Shown one piece after another: positions 58,835 to 64,000 of a stretch of DNA of 64,000 nt (position 1 is the stretch's first letter; every line of letters begins with the position of its first letter). The translations under genes were made by a program, and so were the position numbers. The DNA is from Lama guanicoe (lineage: Eukaryota). The notes below the pieces were generated by a model. That model saw only the letters and a list, made by a program, of their open reading frames with translations. It ran no database searches and was not told where the DNA came from. The stretch covers positions 930,001 to 994,000 of the forward strand of contig MU054212.1 in NCBI GenBank assembly GCA_013239625.1. Direction: 5' to 3'.

Positions 58835-61800
58835 GTGAGTAAATTTTTGCTCTAATGCTACCAGCAGACAATCTGTGTCCCCCCACCCTCCCCTCACTAG
58901 GCCCTGAGACATCAGATGTCGGACCTCCTACCAAATCCTAAATTTGCTTTGTCAGCATAGGAGACTCCAGTGTAACCAGGCTGAATTATTTCACACTCCC
59001 TTTTTCCTCCATTTCAACATGCGCCATCACAGAACACCCGTCTGAGCAATTACATTACACTTTAGCTTCAGAATGTCTCTCATTAAATGACAGTAACGGG
59101 TAGACGTAGGGCTTAACTCTTGCCAAGGCTTAGTAAGTCAGAGCCACTACTTTGGACCCCAGTTTTGCTGGGGTGACAGGAGGCTGTGGAAGAAGAGCCT
59201 CGTTGCTGTCAGATGAACAGCAGCTCCAGAAAGCAATCAGAGGAGACGCTAAGAGAGGTTTAAGGTCCATGAAACACTCACCCCGACGGCTGTCGAGGCC
59301 ATGGGTTCACGTGGGAAGACAGGTGAGGGGAGTCCCTGTTGTTTAAGACGTATCTGCTGGAAAGCTATCTCCTTTGGGAATATCTTAGAAAATTCTCCCA
59401 CAGAAGATCAGATTCTCAGGAGATTTTTCTCACTTTCTGTTCTGCTGCCTTCCTCCCTGCCATCAGAGTTCCTCTCCCTGGTAGCCAGGGCTTCTCCAAT
59501 TAGAAAAACGCACAGTTGCAAGGAAAGGAGACAGTGTGAGCCCCCCCGCACACAGAGCCCCCACTTCTGTGGTGCTGTCTGCAAGTGTGTTCTCCTGGCA
59601 CAGACTTCCTCCGCATTGTGGAAGGCACCTAGAGTGTGTTCCAACTATTTGAGTTCCTGAACTGTTTTAAGCCTGTTCAGCGTGTCCCAGGGAACTGCTT
59701 CCTCTACAAGATGGGACAGGCCAGGGCAGGAAATTGTTGTAAAGAGCCTGATAGAATATTCTGTAGGGTTTTAACCTTATAAGTAAAAACAAAGAATAAA
59801 AGATGTTGGGAAATACTGTTTTCCAGCTCCTGGGTATCCTCGTATAATAACTCATGTTTCGTGCTGTTGCCAGGTGTCCTAAAGGTGTCCTGTTTTTAAT
59901 GAAAAATACTTGCCATTGAACCATCGCGGGATGTTGAGTCCACTTTATGAAAGTTGCGAAAGAGCAAAGGGAGTTTTCTCTGCAGTCCGTGCGCCCAGGG
60001 AAGGGATCACTAGCGAGAGTCATAATTCATGTTCTAATCAAACAATAAGATTTTCTTCCCCACGTCCTTCTTTGCGGCCCCGACTTCACTTGTCCCTGAT
60101 GGCCACGTGGCATCTAGAAATGACTCATTCAGGAAAACCTCCCTGAGTACGTGCCGTTGTGGAGGACTGAGCTAAGTGCTGGGGTTAAAACCGCCGACGT
60201 AATCCCTGCCCTCGGCAGGCTTGCTGCCTCCTGGGGGCTGTGTGTGCGCACACCTGCACCTGCAGCCGTGTACGCAGGCACACACGCGCGTGCACAGACA
60301 CGGGTGCTGCCCGATGGCGGGCAGGGAGTGCTGAGGCTGCTCTCAGCATGGCCGCTGCTGGGAGCCTCATTCTCAAAGAACAGAAGTGAGAAAATCAAGC
60401 ATCTTTCACTATCAGACGAGCTGATTCCTCTGCAGATTGGCCTCCACCTCTCAAGGTCCAGGGTCAACTTTTAAATCCAGGACCCTCACACATGTGCAAA
60501 CCTCCATGTCGTCTCAAGAATAAACTTGGAAGTTTGAAAAGAAACCAGCCCAACCCTTTGTCAGTCGGGGGAGGCAGCCGGAGCAGTGGTGTGTCCCTTG
60601 GTGCTGTTGGCCGGAGGGACCTGTGGTGACAGGCTCCCTTCTCTCTGCCGAGACCCCGCCCATCCCTCTTCTCCTGGCCCGCTTTCTCCCCGCGTGTCCT
60701 CCTCTCTCCGCTGTTCCCCTGCCTTCTGCTGTCCCACTCCCCCCTCATCCTCCTCTCTCTCCCATCTCTCTCCCCCTTTCTTTTCTCATCTTCTTTCTTT
60801 GATTTTCTTTCTTATTCTCGGCCGCTGGAGCCGGTCTTTTCCTGCCCCCAGGATGATTTATCTGAAACTCACAGCTGACCTGGGGCTCCCCTGAGGCTCA
60901 GGACCAGATGTCCACGCCCCGCGGGACGGCCTTAGGCTCCCTTGATCTGTGCTGCTGCCTCTCCAGACACATCCCGCCCCCTTGCCTGTCACCCTCCGGA
61001 TACCAACTGCTTCACGTTGCCCACACACGCTGCTGTGCTCCTGCAAGGCTGAGGTTCTGTGTGCACTGATCCCTGTGCCCAGAATGCCCTTCCATGCTTC
61101 TCTACCCAGCTAATTCCTCTGCTTCTATCCTCCACCCAAGCTCATTGCCTCCCCTGAGGCTCCTCCGGCTCTTCCTGGATGCTGACACACCTTGTCATCC
61201 TGTTTCCCCATCGTACTGAAGATGTCTGTTCACAGGGTTCTGTCTACCCGGAGTCAGGGTACCAGTCCATCTTCACGTCCCTGGTACCTAGCATAGCTGG
61301 GCACATGGTTCATGCCCAGGAGATGTTTGGTGTCACATGGAGCTGGGAGGGCTTTGCTGTGGGAGTGGATATGGAATCATTCATTCTGTCACTCATTCAC
61401 TCTCTCACTCATTCACTTAGTCACAGTTAAACAGGGAAACCTGATAGGCAGTTGCCTCATGTTTGCAGGACTGTTGGAGACAGCTTCCAGGGTAAATGCT
61501 TTCAACTGAGGGTGAAGACACTCAGACACTCTTATGGGACTTTATCAAGAAACACAGGTTCTAACCCTTTCTACACTCTTCTTCCTGTACCCCTGGTAAG
61601 GATCAGAGTTCAGAGGGTTAGTTGGAGTTTTAGGTGGGTACAGGTGGCTTCACCGCAATTCTTGTTTCTCCCTGTTCTCGCTTTCCCAGTGTTTTCAGCT
61701 CAGAACTAAGTAGACACAGGACTAAAATATCTCTCTTCGGGCATGTTGTTTAAAATTGTCACTTGGAGTTATAAAAGAAAGGAAGCTGATGTGGAAAGGT

Positions 61801-62004
61801 AAAGACTTAGTTCAAAAGAACAAACATTTCTGAGAGAGTCAGGGCAGCTGAGTGAAGTGAAGGTAAAGGAAGCCACCAGCACCCTCACCCCACACCCCCG
61901 AGAGACTCTTCTGGGGGTCCCACAAAAGTGGGTATTACTTTAACTGTATATTTTAAGAAAATTAAAATGGTATGTAAATCATGCAGCAATAATATTGATT
62001 TATA

Positions 62005-62095
62005 ATAAACACTGAGGTCCAGAGAGGTGAAGGGACTTGCACAAGATCCCACAGCTACAAAATGTTAGCGTGGGATTTGAACCCAGCCGGTCTCT
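62005..62095 (-). mobile_element. MIR core fragment
   Basis: ACTGAGGTCCAGAGAGGTGAAGGGACTTGCACAAGATCCCACAGCTA..GGGATTTGAACCCAG. Confidence 0.7.
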
Positions 62096-62332
62096 GTTTC
62101 ATCCTGCCTCCCAATGGTAGCAGCGAATAGCAGATGGCAAGGCACTTCCACGTTTATTCTAGCACCAACAATGGTTGGTTAGACAGAAAAAACATACAGG
62201 CAGCAAAATCGGTATCACTCTGTAGTGTCAGTGTACTTGAGTTATAATCGTGTGAGTGATTAAGATGACAATGATCTCAATGGTAATAAATGTAGTAGGC
62301 TGTTATTAATTTTACTGTTTTTCTGTCCCAAG

Positions 62333-62442
62333 AACTGCCAGCATAACACTGCTGGGGAACACTGTGAACGCTGCAGAGAGGGTTACTATGGGAACGCCAT
62401 CCACGGATCCTGTAGGGCCTGCCCATGCCCTCATTCAAACAG
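62333..62442 (+). CDS. LAMA3: Laminin alpha-3 shared exon ~41 (LE); gene continues beyond the window
   Basis: aag|AACTGC...AACAG|gtactg; NCQHNTAGEHCERCREGYYGNAIHGSCRACPCPHSN; 110 nt. Confidence 0.96.
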
Positions 62443-62459
62443 GTACTGTGGAAGTTTGG

Positions 62460-62735
62460 AAATAATCTATAGAGACAGCTTGGTGGGTGCCTGCGCAGAG
62501 GGTGGTGGTGGGAGGAAGTGGGAAGGGACTATTAGAGGGTCTGGGACTTCTTTTAGGGGTGATGAAAACGGTCTAAAATTGTAGTCACGACATTACAATT
62601 CTGTGAACGTACTAAAAGCCATTGAATCGTACATTTTAGTTGGGTGAATTATATGGTATGTAAATTCTATCTTAATAAAGCAGTTCTATTAAAAAAAAAG
62701 AATAAACAAAAAAATGCAAAACAAAACCAAAACAA
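62460..62735 (+). mobile_element. LINE-1 3'-end fragment (L1MB/MC-like), sense orientation
   Basis: TTCTTTTAGGGGTGATGAAAACGGTCTAAAATTG..CTGTGAACGTACTAAAAGCCATTGAAT..GGGTGAATTATATGGTATGT..AATAAAGC plus A-rich tail. Confidence 0.85.
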
Positions 62736-64000
62736 AAATAGGCTTTCCAGCTTGTATGCTTTTGGGTATTTCCTGGAGAATATAGGTAGTGGGTGTGGGA
62801 AGCTGTCACGCTCAATAAGTATGGGCACAAATACCTCTGACGTATAGTTTCAGGTAGAGATGGGTTGTGCTGTTGATAAAAGGGTTATGTGGTTGATGGC
62901 GAGTGAGTAGATTCTTTAGAGACGGGTGCAGGAGGGCTCTCTGGAGTTGTTGGATAGGGACCAATGAATGATGAGATGGGGTAAGCCGTAGCAATATCTT
63001 AGCAATGATGGTTCAAGGCAAGAGGAAAAATAAAAAAAAAAAAGTTGAGAAAGCCCCTGTAATGTTGTGTTTGTGAACAGTAAGAAGGCAAGAGCGGCTG
63101 GATTGCAGTGAGGGAGAGAGAGGGGGCAGGGAGATGAGGTTGGCAGGGCAGCCAGGGTTTAGATCCTGTACCTTGTGGGCTAGAGTGAGGCCCTTGGATT
63201 TTATCCTCAGTGTGATGGGAGCCACAGGACAGTTCTGAGCCACAGGGTGATGTGATCTGCATTGTCACCCAGGCTCCAGTATGGCCAGTGGACTTTGTAA
63301 ATTGAAAGTCGCCGTGTTCCCTTCACGGGAATCCACGTTCTGTTTGGCCCTGTCTTGGCACCTTGACATAGTCTTGCTCATTATGACATGTTCACTGTGG
63401 GCCTAACGAAATATAACAGGTAACTAAGTGAAGCAAGTTTTGTTTTGAAAATCAGAAAGATACTGATAAAATATCAGTAGTTCTCGGTAAGAAGAACTTG
63501 TGTGGACTGCAAGGCTGATTAATATCAGCCAAGTTAACGGAGAAATTGGCTAGCTCTTAAAATTACCAGAAGTCACCTGCCCAGATGTGGAGATGCATGT
63601 TTGAAATGCACACCCTGTTTGCTATCTGTGTATTTGATACCCCTTAAACCTGCCCAGTCCTGTGTCTTTATTTGTAAAAGGATCTATCACTTAACACTTG
63701 CCCAGACTTGTTTGAACAGACGCTAGAGAGACTGCAGAGCAGCAAGATTTCCACGGATGCTCGGGGAAAGCTTTTCATCTTTGGCTGCAAAGCATATTAT
63801 CATCAAGGTCAGCTCCCAGCTTCCGTGCTGCTGAAGTAATGCGCAGTTCCTGAGATGTATTGGCAAAACCCTATTTTTATCTAATTCTCTTGCCAGCGAT
63901 ATTAATACTGCTGACAAATGTCTCACTGTCCCTTTAGAGGCGGAACTCTATATCTATCTAATCAGCCAAGAGAAGCTTCCCGAATAAGAATTCTCTTACC

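Noticed and set aside
2831..62442. Possibility that alpha-3B is pseudogenised or lacks exons in this species
   Set aside because: All exons have GT-AG boundaries, consistent phases, intact cysteine patterns and no premature stops

Overview
This window is mammalian genomic DNA covering the middle of the laminin subunit alpha-3 gene (LAMA3) on the + strand. Two tRNA-derived SINEs of camelid type suggest alpaca, llama or camel. I traced 26 consecutive alpha-3B-specific coding exons (exons 13-38 by human numbering, 3404 nt, all GT-AG and phase-consistent with no internal stop). They encode LE repeats, the L4a/LF globular region, further LE repeats and L4b. These are followed by the internal alpha-3A promoter (three AP-1 sites and a TATA box), the alpha-3A first exon with its signal peptide (exon 39) and two shared LE exons (40, 41). 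The introns hold ordinary mammalian repeats: L1, MIR, MLT LTRs, MER/Tigger DNA transposons and microsatellites. The most notable observations are a decayed reverse-transcriptase fossil of non-mammalian-type L1 in intron 32, a near-perfect 186-bp tandem duplication, a duplicated in-frame splice acceptor, a duplicated AP-1/E-box module in the alpha-3A promoter, and candidate intronic-polyadenylation (LaNt-like) short isoforms. There are no prokaryotic features. Exon numbers and repeat family names come from recalled knowledge rather than database searches, and repeat boundaries are approximate unless a TSD is quoted.
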